A stretch of 64,000 nt of DNA, taken from the NCBI RefSeq assembly GCF_009914755.1, contig NC_060947.1; one strand, written 5' to 3'. Positions 29,370 through 43,564 of the stretch are shown here, one piece after another (position 1 is the stretch's first letter; every line of letters starts with the position of its first letter). Source of the stretch: the human T2T-CHM13v2.0 reference genome, Homo sapiens. The notes beneath the pieces were generated by a model. It was given only the letters and a program-made list of their open reading frames with translations. It was not told the origin of the DNA and ran no database searches. Made by a program: the position numbers and the translations under genes.

Positions 29370-29550
29370 CTGAAAACACTGTGAGGACATATTTGCTCAC
29401 TCTCATTTTGTGGATGACAGACTGAAGCTCAGATGCCTTAAGTAATGTGCCCAAAACAGCAGAACTAGCTAATAAGTCGCAGAGTCAGATTTAGAACCTC
29501 AGGTCATATGACTACAAGTCTTGCATTTGCTCCATATCTCTGCTCTACGG
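29370..29550. mobile_element. MIR SINE
   Basis: MIR core CATTTTGTGGATGACAGACTGAAGCTCAGA...AAGTAATGTGCCCAA. Confidence 0.7.
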
Positions 29551-29655
29551 TAATGTTTCTCTTTGCATATTAGTATTAAAAATGGCTTCTCCCTTCCCTA
29601 CCAGATAATGGTATGATTCTTAGTAAAACATCCCATTTCCATTTTAATATCCTAG

Positions 29656-29957
<302 letters not shown>

Positions 29958-30752
29958 CCTAGAAATATTTTCAAATTGTTGAATTTGTTTTAGTGATTTC
30001 ACCTGTCCAGATAACCTACCTTAAACATCATGATGAGAGGGGAGGGGAGAAAATAAATAGTATTGTTATAGAGTTTAAGCTAGAATTAAGTATAAAATCA
30101 TAAACAATTAAATGTGATTAAATGAACCATTTTATAGCTTAACAGTATACAGGCACATATTATTTATGTCAGCAAGAGAAAGAGCCCACATTATTAGGAA
30201 AGCCTATTTTTTAGATCATTCAAAATTGTTTCCTAAACTGTATAACTACCTTCCTCAAGGATGGATTTACTTAATCAACAGTTCTGTAATAATTGGTTAA
30301 ACCATTTGGTTGGGGAGTATGGTCCCAACCTTACCATTTTCTAAAATAAATTTTGTAATGATTAAAAAAGCAAAAGCTAATAAAATGAATCAATAAAGGA
30401 CAACAAAACCTAGGTGGCTATTGTTTAGTCTTAGGATAGGGCTGGGCTTACTGAGCATGAAAGTTTAGGAGAAAACCTCATGTAAATTTTGATAGATATG
30501 TGTCACTTGATCAATTCCGTAATTTAAAAAAAGTTATAAACAAAATTAAAAAGTAAATGATATCTTCTAGGAGATAGCTGAAATATATATAACATCAAAA
30601 TATATTGTATAATCATACATTTGGGGCATCATAATGAATTTTTAATTAAATATTAAAGTGTAACTTCAGCATTGTCCCTTGAAGTATAATTGGAAATTGC
30701 CATTGACTAGTCTCACTGGTAAAATGAGAAATGATTAAAAGTGGATAGATTA

Positions 30753-31066
<314 letters not shown>

Positions 31067-31572
31067 CTAATAAATGGAAAGTAATACAAAAAGTCTAAGC
31101 CCGCACTGGCCTACCATGTTACAAATTTTTAATGTTGAAATATTCTGTTCTACATATTAAAAAAATAAAAGGGAAGCAAATAACATTATGTTGTTAAAAA
31201 AAAAAAAAGAAGAGTAAGCATCCATGGGGCAGTAGTAAACATGATTGTTCATAGAGCAGAAAAGCTTATCAGTAGCTGGGTAGTTAACTTAGAAGCAAAT
31301 AAATAAAAATGTGTGTGTAAAGAGAACACAAGTTAATTATTTGACATGATGCCATTGTTTTTCAAAATAAAAGCATTCTTTGCAAGATTTAATTGCAATA
31401 AATGACTAAAATCATAACTGTATTTTCAAATATGAGAAAAATATGAAAGAATATGACAATGATATCTTCAGAAGCTACTAATTATTGGAAACACATGGGG
31501 ACAATTACACAGGCTAGCAAAGCTCGGTAGCTTATCACTGGATCCAGAACTCAGAATCAGAGTTGTAGTGAT

Positions 31573-31620
31573 ACACATACACACACACATACATACACAC
31601 ACACACACACACATGCACAT
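31573..31620. repeat. Interrupted (CA)n microsatellite
   Basis: Directly visible. Confidence 0.9.
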
Positions 31621-32137
31621 ACGTGTGTATAGTTTTGTTGTATTGCAGTATATAGAGAAAGAACAATAAAAAGGGATTTTTGGTATTATATCTTACCTTT
31701 GCTCATTCAGTTCCATGTTACTGCCTTCTTATCTGCTCTGAAGCCAAGCAGGATATAACAGAAGATTGTAGGCATTAGGACATCATCAGATGCTAACAGA
31801 AATTTGTTGATAGAAAATATGGTTCTAGTGGTATAAAATCCACAAAACTAATAACGGGATTTGTCATCAAATGTTAGTAAACACAGAAATGGTAGAGATA
31901 CCAGGAAAGAAATAACATGAAATGCTTCAATTATGAGCTAGTACTGGAAGTTTGTTAAAGAAAAAAAGGGAAAATGTTCACTCTGACCTTTACCAACAAT
32001 TTCTTTCTAGATTGAAATATAGGAAATGAGCCAGGTATCACTGTATAGTTATTTTAAACGCAATTTCTATATTGAGAGTGTATATTTGCAGCTGGTACAT
32101 ATCTGATTTTCGTTTGGAAAATGTAAATGAAAAAGGG

Positions 32138-32446
<309 letters not shown>

Positions 32447-33632
32447 TGAGGAAATACATAAAAAACAATAATGTGTAACTGGTAAAAGAAAATTAAATGA
32501 AAGGTAAATACAAGTGAAGGCCAGTTCTTGTTCTGCCATTGCCTGGCTGCTGTACTCACTATACTCATATACTATCTCTATTCCCTCTCATGTGCCAAAA
32601 GAAAAATGGTAACTTAATTCATAAATTTATAGTGAGGACTAATTGTGTTCCCCATGAGATGTGTTCTGAGTCACATGGAAGGTTATCTGTACATTCATGT
32701 ACATAAGTATATACACATATAGACACAAATCATAAACAGAACTTCCTAATACTAAAGAAATTATGTGCTTACATTTTCTATATATGCCTCATTTTAAGAA
32801 TAGTGCAAATTCGAATATCTTAGGACCATAAGAAGGAGAAACACTGTGTGATTCTTCATCTCATATAAGGTAGAGTGTAAGTTATTCTTATAAACTTCCT
32901 TCAGACATCTAACAATCGATCACATATGTAAGAAATTTAGTTAGCCTATTTTACTGGAAGATAATTCTATAGTAGTTCCTGAGCTATATCTGCATTTTAA
33001 AGTATATTTACTGTGCCTTGCTTACTATAGATGACATTTGTTTCAGTTCTCTTGTTTACCAGGGGCATGGTAGGGTGATATTTATATATTTGATTTGCAG
33101 AATTAGTAGCTTCAGCTTAACAAATGGCTGCTCTTCAGCCTTTTCCCAAGGTTAAGTTTGAAGTGTTCAGGTCATTTTATGATTTTCCTTGACCACAACC
33201 ACGTTGGCTGTCAAGGGCTAAGATTTTACTAATTTGACCAGGTTGTTCTTTAAAAACCAGTTATTTTAATTCTTTTCTCTATTTCCCCAGCCTTGTGTAT
33301 TTCCAGTTGAGTAAAAATAAATAGAAAATGCTATTCAGTATTCTAAAGCAAGCCAGTTATGTTTGCATCACTTAGACAGCTTTATAGGACTCAGAAAGAG
33401 AGACTGTCAGATTCATGAGAGTCAGCTGAAAACTATTTGTTTCTTTCAAAAGACAAGGGGAATGAATGATTCTGGTGCATGTCTCATGAATGTTGAGAAG
33501 CTCATCTTATGGTTAAAAAGAAAAACTCATTAGACGACTCTAGAGAGATATATAAGAAACCTAAGGATTCTGTTTTATTTACCTAAAACGTTCCTGGTCA
33601 AATCAGTGAGGTATACTAACAACAACAACAAA

Positions 33633-33634
<2 letters not shown>

Positions 33635-33678
<44 letters not shown>

Positions 33679-33723
33679 GTGTATATACATATATATATAC
33701 ACGCATATGTATGTATATATATA
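33635..33723. repeat. (AC)n microsatellite (about 20 units) with (TA)-rich extension
   Basis: Directly visible. Confidence 0.95.
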
Positions 33724-35298
33724 TTAATATAAGGACCATCAGATTTTAATATACCCTTTAAGCTAAACTTGTCCATTGTTACACGTGGTCACAGAAGTTT
33801 TTCTATGAAAACTTACGAAGTGGATGAAACTAGGACTTATTTAATTTGAATATGCATATTATACATATATAGGCACAAATGTATTTTAATTTGTACTTAA
33901 TGTATTTGCAATTATAATAAATAAAAGTTCATTCCTATGTAAAATATTATGAATTTACAGAATTACCAACAATGCCTTAAGTATATTATTTCTTCTGATC
34001 TTTTATTCCATTAAAATTATAACATCTTTAAGCTAATGATCCATGCCAGCTACTGCATTTTTTATCAGTTAGCACAGTGCTGACTATAGACAAGTAAGTA
34101 CCTGATGGGTTTAATCACATATATTGAACTTCAACTACATAGTTTAAGTAGTGTGGTCTTCTGTTATCGTAAAGTCACAGTGATTTTCCAGCACATTCAT
34201 TTGATATTTTCATCCCTGTCAGCTCACAAATCCCCTCATACTTTGACAGCATTATACTTTGTTAAGAAAGGAAAGCAGGAGATATCCTTTATATTTCAAA
34301 TATATTAGGTTGACATGTGAGCCATGGCCAAACTTGATTAAAGGTGAGGGGAAGTGAATGTAGAAAGAAGAATTCACAAGCAGAGAAGTAAGTGCTTTGG
34401 GAGGGTGGGGTCAGGGCAGGCAGTGGATGGGAGGAAAAGCACCTAGCCATAAGCTAAGGCATGTTTCAGAGGAAGGCAGTGCTGAGTTTTTCTCTTACCC
34501 TATTTTTTATAATCTCCCCTTATAATAGTTAGCCACCCTCAATCTAAGTAATCTTCCCATAAGGTGGTTTTTTTGAGGATTATATTAACATATGTATATG
34601 TGTGTGTGTGTGTGTACGTGTGTGTATCTGAACATAAAAACTGATAATACATTTCTTATAAAATAACTTGCTTTATCATGTTGTATAGCTTAAATTGCTT
34701 TTATTCCATATATGTGTATGGAATATGTGTATACATGCATATGTACATGTACACATGTATATGTATATGTGTGTATCTGTATCTTTTTATTAATATTTGC
34801 CAATGGCATAATTCTACACTCCAGTCTCTCAAGCAAGCATTTATGTAAAGCTTGATCCAGGGATATTTCTTTCTTTACATCATGTTCCTTGCTTCTTTGT
34901 TGAAGCAATTTCTATTTTTCCTTCTTTTCTGATCTCCCGCAATGTTCTAGTTCTTGTGAAATATTAGTTTTCTCAGCACTGAAGTTGAAAACTTTCCATA
35001 TACCAACTGCTGTTTTCAGTTCTGATTTCAACCAGGGCTTGGTGGAGGAGTAGGGTAGGGAAACTTCCTGAAACCTTGTTGATATTAATAGCAACTTAAT
35101 CCTTTGGCTTCTACTCAGATTTCGATGGACTGTACATTCATGCTCTTATCTTTGAATCATCTGACACTTTTTCAGCCATGAAGAAATCAGAATATTTGGT
35201 CTGTTGTATTTCCTTTCTAAGTACTTTTTAAAGGTTACCTACTTTTAAAAGAGCTAGACCAAGTATAGTAAAAGTATACACCTTTTCATTTTGGGGAT

Positions 35299-36607
35299 GG
35301 AGGAGCCAAGATGGCCAAATAGAAACAGCTCCAGTCTGCAGCTCCCAACGAGACAAATGCAGAAGGGAGGTACCTAGTTGATCTCATTGGGACTGATTAG
35401 ACAGTGGGTGCAACCCAAAGAGAGTGAGCACAAGCAGGATGGGGCGTCGCTTCTCCCAGGAAGGCCAAGGAGCCAGGGACCTCCCTCCCCCAGCCAAGGG
35501 AAGCAGTGAGGGGCTGTGCTACCCGCCCCAGATACTACGCTTTTCCCACGAATTTTTGCAATCTGCAGATCAGGAGATTCCCTCGTATGCCTGCACTACC
35601 AGGGCCCTGGGTCTCAAGCACAAAACTGGGCAGCTGTTTGGGCAGGCACCCAGCTAGCTGCGGGAGTTGTTTTTGTACCCCGGCGGTGCCTGGAACACCA
35701 GCGAAACAGGAGAACCATCTACTCCCCTGGAAATGTGGCTGAAGCCAGGGAGCCAAGTGGTCTCGCTCAGCAGGTCCCATTCCCACGGAGCTCAGCAAGC
35801 TAAGAACCACTGGCTTGACATTCTCGCTGCCAGCACAGCAGTCTGGAGTCGAGCTGGGATGATCAAGCTTGGTGATAGGGAGGGTCATCCGCCATTACTG
35901 AGGTTTTAGTAGGTGGTTTTCCCCTGACAGTGCTGAGACTGACAGGTTTGGACTGGGCGGAATTCATCACAGCGTGGCAAAGCGGCTGTGGCCAGAATGC
36001 TTCTCTAGATTCCTACTCAGGGGCGGGGCCTCTCTGAAGGAAATGCCACAGCCCCAGTCAGGGGCTTACAGATAAAACTCTCATCTTCCTGGGACAGAGC
36101 ACCTGTGGGGAGGGGCAGCTGCAGGCGCAGCTTCAGTGGACTTAATCTTTCCTGCCTGCCGGCTTCGAAGGCAGCAGCTGATCCTGATAAGGGGGATTCT
36201 TCCAGCACAGCGCACCAGCTCTGGTAAGGCTCAGTCTGCCTCCTCAGGTGGGTCCATGACCCCCATGCCTCCTGACTGGGAGAGACCTCCCAACAGGGCT
36301 TGACAAATATCTCATACAGGAGAGCTCCAGCTGGCATCAGGCCGGTGCCCCTCTGGGATGAAAATTCCAGAGGAAGGAGCAGATAACAGTCTTTGCTGTT
36401 CTGCAGCCTCCACTGGTGATACCCAGGTGAACAGGGTCTGGAGTGGATCTCCAGCAAACTCCAGCAGAACTGCAGAAGAGAGGCCTGTTAGAAGAAAAAC
36501 TAACAGAAAGCAACAACAGCATCAACAAGAAAGACCCCCCCCCCCCAAAAAAAACCCCATCCAAAGGTCATCAGCCTCAAAGATCAAAGGTAGATAAATC
36601 CATGAAG
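35299..36607 (+). promoter_or_regulatory. L1 5'UTR internal promoter region with intact YY1 site
   Basis: CAAGATGGCC at 35307-35316; locally GC/CpG-rich relative to the window. Confidence 0.7.
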
Positions 36608-37630
36608 ATGAGGAAAAACCAGCGCAAAAACTCTGAAAATTCCAAACACCAGAATGCCTCTTCTCCTCCAAATGAACGCAACACCTCTCCAGCCAGGGCA
36701 CAAAACTGGACGGAGGATGAGACTGACGAATTGACAGAAGTAGACTGCAGAAGGTGGGCAATAACAAACTTCTCTGAGCTAAAGGATCATGTTCTAACCC
36801 AATGCAAGGAAGCTAACTAAGAACCTTGATAAAAGGTTAGAGGAACTGCTAACTAGAATAACCAGTTTAGAGATGAACATAAATGACCTGATGGAGCTGA
36901 AAAACACAGCACAAAATCTTTATGAAGCATACACAAGGATCAATAGCTGAATCGATCAAGCAGAAGAAAGGATATCAGAGATTGAAGACCACCTTGCTGA
37001 AATTAGGTGTGCAGACAAGATTGGAGAACATAGAATGAAAAGGAATGAACAAACCCTCCAAGAAATGTGGCATTATGTGAAAAGACCAACTATGATTGTT
37101 TGGTATACCTGAAAGTGATGGGGAGAATGGAACCAAGTTGGAAAACACACTTCAGGATATTATCCAGGAGAACGTCCCCAACCTAGCAAGACAGGCCAAC
37201 ATTCAAATTCAGGAAATACAGAGAACACCACTAAGATACTCCATGAGAAGGTCAACCCCAAGACAAATAATCATCAGATTCTCCAAGGTTGAAATGAAAG
37301 AAAAACTGTTAAGGGCAGCCAGAGAGAAAGGTTAGGTCACCTACAAAGGGAAGCCCATCAGACTAACAGCAGATCTCTCTACAGGAACCCTACAAGCCAG
37401 AAAAGAGTGGGAGCCAATATTCAACATTCTTAAAGAATTTTCATCCCAGAATTTCATATCCAGCCAAACTAAGCTTCATAAGCGAAGTGGAAATAAAATC
37501 CTTTCCAGACAAGCAAATGCTGAGGCATTTTGTCACCATCAGGCCTGCTTTTCAAGAGCTCCTGAAGGAAGCACTAAATATAGAAAGGGAAAACTGGTAC
37601 CAGCCACTACAAAAACGTACCAAAATATAA
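36608..37630 (+). pseudogene. L1 ORF1p, disrupted
   Basis: MRKNQRKNSENSKHQNASSPP..., GIPESDGENGTKLENTLQDIIQEN...; premature stops at about 36818 and 37333. Confidence 0.9.
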
Positions 37631-37693
37631 AGACCAATGACACTATGAAGAAACTGCATCAACTAATGTGCAAAATAACCAGCTAGCATCATG

Positions 37694-40600
37694 ATGACAG
37701 GATCAAATTCACACAAAACAGTATTAACCTTAAATGTAAATGGGCTAAATGCCGCAATTAAAAGACACAGACGGGCAAATTGGATAAAGAGTGAAGACAC
37801 ATCAGTGTGCTGTATTCAGGAGACCCATCTCACATGCAAAGACACACATAGGCTCAAAATAAAGGGATGGAGGAGTATTTACCAAGTAAATGGAAAGCAA
37901 AAAAATAAAAAATAAAAAATAAATAGCAGGGATTGCAATCCTAGTCTCTGATAAAACAGACTTTTAAACCAACAAAGGTTAAAAAAGGTAAAGGAGGGTA
38001 CTACCTAATGGTATAGAGATCAATGCAACAAGAAGAGCTAACTGTCCTAAATACATATGCACTCAATACAGGAGCAACCGGACTCATCAAACAAGTTCTC
38101 AGAGACCTATAAAGAAACTTAGACTCACACACAATGATAGTGGGAGACTTTAACACCCCACTGTCAATGTTTGACAGATTAACAAGACAGAAAATTAACA
38201 AGGATATTCAGGACTCAAACTCAGCTCTGGATCAAGTGGACCTAATAGACATCTACAGAACTCTTGACACCAAATCAACAGAATATACATTCTTCTCAGC
38301 ACTTATTCTAAAATGGACCACATAATTGGAAGTAAAACACTCCTCAGCAAATGCAAAACAATGGAAATCATAACAAGTCTCTCAGACCACAGTGCAATCA
38401 AATTAGAACTCAGGATTAAGAAACTCACTCAAAGTCACACGACTACGTGGAAATCGTACAACCTCCTCCTGAATGACCCCTGGGTATATAACAAAATGAA
38501 GGCAGAAATCAAGAAGTTCTTTGAAACCAATGAGAACAAGGAGACAGTGTACCAGAATCTCTGGGACACAGCTAAAGCAGTGTTAATAGGGAACTTTATA
38601 GCACTAAGTGCCCACATCAGAAAGATGGGAAGATCCCAAATCAAAACCCTAACATCACAATTAAAAGAACTAGAGAAGCAAGAGCAAACAAATTGAAAAG
38701 CTAGCAGAAGACAAGAAATAACTAAGATGAGAGCAGAAATGAAGGAGATAGAGACACGAAAAACCCTTCAAAAAAATCAATGAATCCAGGAGCTGATTTT
38801 TTGAAAAGATTAACAAAATAGATGGACTGCTAGCCAGACTAATAAAGAAGAAAAGAGAGAAGAATCAAATAGACACAATAAAAAAAGATAAAGGCGATAT
38901 CACCACTGGTCCCACAGAAATACAAACTACCATCAGAGAATACTGTAAACACCTCTACACAAATAAACTAGAAAATCTAGAAGAAATAGATAAGTTCCTG
39001 GACACATACACCCTCCCAAGACTAAACCAGGAAGAAGTCGAATCCCTGAATAGACCAATACCAAGTTCTGAAATTGAGGCAGTAATTAATAGCATACCAA
39101 CCAAAAAAGCCCCAAACCAGATGGATTCACAGCTGAATTCTACCAGAGGTACAAAGAGGAGCCGGTACCATTCCTTCTGAAACTATTCCAGACAACTGAA
39201 AAAGAGGGACTCCTCCCTAACTCATATTATGAGGCCAGCACGATCCTGATACCAAAATGTGGCAGAGACACAACAAAAAAAAGGAAACTTCAGGCCAATA
39301 TCCCTAATGAACATCAATGCAGAAATCCTCAATAACATATTGGTAAACTGAATCCAGCAGCACATGAAAAAGCTTATCTACCACGATCAAGTTGGCTTCA
39401 TCCCTGGGATGCAAGGCTGGTTCAATATATGCAAATCAATAAACATAATCCATCACAAAAATAGAACCAATGACAAAAGCCACATGATCATCTCAATAGA
39501 TGCAGAAAAGGCCTTCAATAAAATTCAACGTCATTTCATGTTAAAAACTCTCAATAAACTAGGCATTGATTGAACATATCACAAAATAGTAAGAGCTAAT
39601 TATGACAAACCCATAGCCAATATCATACTGAATGGGCAATAGCTGGAAGCATTCTTTTTGAAAACCTGCACAAGACAAGGATGGCCTCTCTCACCACTCC
39701 TATTCGACATAGTATTGGAAGTTCTGGCCAGGGCAATCAGGCAGGAGAAAGAAATAAAGGGTATTCACATAGGAAGAGAGGAAGTCAAATTGTCTTTGTT
39801 TGCAGATGACATGATTCTATTTAGAAAACCCCATCGTCTCAGCCCCAAAACTCCTTAAGCTGATAAACAACTTCAGCAAAGTCTCAGGATACAAAATCAA
39901 TGTGCAAAAATCACAAGCATTTCTATACAGCAATAATAGACACACAGAGAGCCAAATCATGAATGAACTCATATTCACAATTGCTACAAAGATAATAAAA
40001 TACCCAGGAATACAACTTACAAGGAATGTGAAAGACGTCTTCAAGGAGAACTACAAACCACTGCTCAAGGAAATGAGAGAAGACACAAACAAATGGGAAA
40101 ACAGCCCATGCTCATGGATAGGAAGAATCAATATTGTCAAAATGGCCATACTGCCCAAAGTAATGTATGGATTCAGTGCTATTCCCATCAAGCTACCATT
40201 GACTTTCTTCACAGAATTGGAAAAAAACTACTTTAAATTTCATATGGAACCAAAAAAGATCCTGTATAGCCAAGACAATCCTGAGCAAAAAGAACAAAGC
40301 TGGAGGCATCACACTACCTGACTTTAAACTATACTACAAGGCTGTAGTAACCAAAACAGCATGGTACTTGTACCAAAACAGACATATAGACCAATGGAGC
40401 AGAACAGAGACCTCACAGTGTAACCCCACACATCTAAAACCATCTGATCTTCAACAAAACTGACAAAAAAAAAGCAATGGGGAAATGATTCCCTATTTAA
40501 TAAATGATGCTTGGAAAACTGGCTAGCCATATGCAGAAAACAGAAACTGGACCCCTTCCTTACACCTTATACAAAAATTAACTCAAGATGTATTAAAGAC

Positions 40601-41508
40601 TTAAATGTAAATCCCAAAACCATAAAAACTGTAGAAGAAAACCTAAGCAATACCATTCAGGACATAGGCATGGGCAAAGACTTCCTGACTAAACTGCCAA
40701 AAGCGATGGCAACAAAAGCCAAAATTGACAAATGGGATCTAATTAAACAAAGAGCTTCTGCACAGCAAAAGAAACTAGCATCAGAGTGAATAGGCAACCT
40801 ACAGAATGGAAGAATATTTTTGCATTCTACCCATCTGACAAAGGTCTAATATCCAGAATCTACAAGGAACTTAAGCATATTTACAAGAAAAAAAAAATCA
40901 AAAAGTAGGCAAAGGATATGAACAGACCTTTCTCAAAAGAAATGTGGCCAACAGATACATGAAATAAAGCTCATCATAACTGGTCATTAGAGAAATGCAA
41001 AACCACAATGAGATACCATCTCATGCCAGTCAGAATGATGATTATTTAAAAGTCAGCAAACAATAGATGCTGGTGAGGCTGTGGAGAAATAGGAATTATT
41101 TTACACTATTGGTGGGAGTGTAAATTAGTTCAACCATTGTGGAAGACAGTGTGGCGATTCCTCAAGGATCCAGAACCAGAAATACCATTTGACCCAGCAA
41201 TCTCATTACTGGGTATACACCCAAAGGATTATAAATCATTCTATTATAAAGACACATGCACAGGTATGTTTATTGCAGCACTATTTACAATAGCAAAGAC
41301 CTGGAACCAACCCAAATGCCCATCAATGATAGAATGGATAAAGAAAATGTGACACATTTCCACCACAGAATACTATACAGCCATAAAAAAGAATGAGATC
41401 ATGTCCTTTGCAGGGACATGAATGAAGCTGTAAGCCATCATTCTCAGCAAACTAACACAGGAACAGAAAACCAAACACCACATGTTCTCACTCATAAGTG
41501 AGAGTTGA
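37694..41508 (+). pseudogene. L1 ORF2p (endonuclease / reverse transcriptase), disrupted
   Basis: [49 protein letters not shown] (FADD at 39799-39810); broken into many short ORFs by stops and frameshifts. Confidence 0.92.
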
Positions 41509-42844
41509 ACAATGAGAACACATGGATACAGGGAGGGGACCAACACACACTAGGACCTGTCATGGGGTCGGAGTCAAGGGGAGGGAGAGCATTAGGACAA
41601 ATACCTAATGCATGCAGGGCATAAAACCTAGATGATGGGTTGATGAGTGCAGCAAACCACCATGGCACATGTATACCTATGTGACAAACCTGCACATTCT
41701 GCACATGTATCCTGGAACTTAAAGTAAAAACAAAAATAAAAAAAATTAAAAATGAAAGTATACACCTTTTTATCAGCATTCTTTAACTCTGTCTCTTCCA
41801 AGCTACTTCTAAAAATGACATGTTGTAAAAAGACCAATTTATTTAAATATTGGAATGATTGTGAATATAGTTATCATGAGGTCCTAAAATGCTGTTTCAT
41901 TTTGATTGTGGAGGTTAGTAGGGAAAATGGATACTTATGTCATAGGATCTTTTACGTTGAAAGACTTGGATCATACATGAAAACATATATAGAGGCATAC
42001 ATAATGCATATAATCAGATGATCAATTTATAATATCCTTATATCTTAGCCATATCTATTGTAATGCTGAATGATAATTAAACATTCATTTAGCATTTGAC
42101 ACATCTTACGCTCTGCTGAGGTTATGCTAAAAGAAATTTTTTTTAAATTGATGAAGATAGTATGTTTGACAGAAAAAAATCAATATGAGTGTACCTATCA
42201 AGGGGCAGGCAATGCTTTTAAAATGCTGTGGGTCAGGAACACTCAGGCGTATATACTTGTGACATATTAAAAGCATCCTTTCCAGTAATAATATCGTTTG
42301 GCAGAATTATTTTAATGGCCTGTGATCCTGATTCTATAATTCTATTACCAATTACCTTGACTCTGCTTTCAAAAGATGCTTTAAGTTTTAGATTCTGGTA
42401 TTCTGATCTCAGTATCTCGTAGTGACCTCCTGTTATCTACTCACTTGCTACTGCCAGTGTCATGGACCATGAATTGAACCTACTGTTATCTTATGGAATT
42501 TTGGCACTCTTTCTAATCAATCCTTTGTCATGCTAACAGTATCTTTATTGTTGTTTTTGGCTAAATTAATAGCTAAACTAGGTATTTGCATGTTTTGTCT
42601 AATCGCTTATGAAGAAAGTACTTTACCAATATTGTGAAAAATGTTACCAGTCGTATAGCTTTAATGCCATGTAACAATGTTTACAGCGTTCAATTGAAGC
42701 ACTTTAATATTTTAAACCCAAGTTAGATTGAAAGTACTCATTCAGCAAGCATTTTAGGGATTTTATGGACATCTTTTAAGATCGTCTGTGGGACGTTTGT
42801 AACAACAGTAATCGCAAGAATGGCGATGATGATGATGATGATGG

Positions 42845-43050
42845 CAGCTCACATTTATTAAGCTCATAGTATATGTCAGACTCTATTCTAAGGACTTTAT
42901 ATGAATTAATTCATTTAATCTTTACCAGAACCTTATGAGGTAAGAACCATCCAATTTTAGAGATGTAAATACTGAGGTACTAAGCAGTTAAGTGACACGC
43001 CCAAAGTTAGAAAACTAGGAAGTGTCAGAGCCAAAATTGGACCCCCACTT
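42845..43050. mobile_element. MIR SINE preceded by (GAT)n
   Basis: GCAGCTCACATTTATTAAGC...TCATTTAATC...ATTTTAGAGATGTAAATACTGAGG...GTTAAGTGAC. Confidence 0.8.
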
Positions 43051-43280
43051 TTTTTCATGCCTCTGATTGAGATAGTAAGATTTTGTCTTACCTTCTGCCC
43101 AGTATTTGATTAATAAACCTTATGGAGCTTCACAAAAGTAATATTTTCATTAAGTGTTGCTTGTCAGTCATGATCCATATATGCAGAGGACTAAAGAGTG
43201 TGCAATGATGATTGATTTTTGTACTGAAATTCTTTCTTTTATTTTGTCAAATGAAGAAATTTGTCACAAGAGTGAACCGG

Positions 43281-43564
43281 GGCCAGGTGCAGCAGCTCGC
43301 GCCTATAATCCCAGCACTTTGGAATGCCATGGTGGGTGGATCACGAGGTCAGGAGTTCGAGACCAGCCTGGCCAACATGGTGAAACCCTGTCTCTACTAA
43401 AAATAGAAAAATTTCCCAGGCATGGTGGAGCACATCTCAGGAGGCTGAGGCAAGAGAGTCACTTGAACCTGGGAGGCAGAGGTTGCAGTGAGCTGAGATC
43501 ATGCCATTGCACTCCAGCTTCAGTGACATAGTGAGACTCTGTCTCCCCCCTGCAAGAAAGAAAA
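43281..43564 (+). mobile_element. Alu (AluSg-like) with internal deletion
   Basis: Alu dimer; TSD-like AA(G/A)AGTGAA(C/T)C. Confidence 0.9.

Larger units (their letters stand above)
35290..41754 (+). mobile_element. Full-length (~6.45 kb) inactive L1PA7/8-like LINE-1
   Basis: 5'UTR start GGAGGAGCCAAGATGGCC, ORF1 and ORF2 remnants, 3'UTR CTAGATGATGGGTTGATG, A-rich tail; 16-bp TSD AAAGTATACACCTTTT at 35271-35286 and 41755-41770. Confidence 0.97.

Noticed and set aside
35424-36820. Several ORFs on both strands of the L1 5'UTR (possible ORF0)
   Set aside because: GC-rich UTR sequence gives chance ORFs; I could not match any to L1 ORF0.
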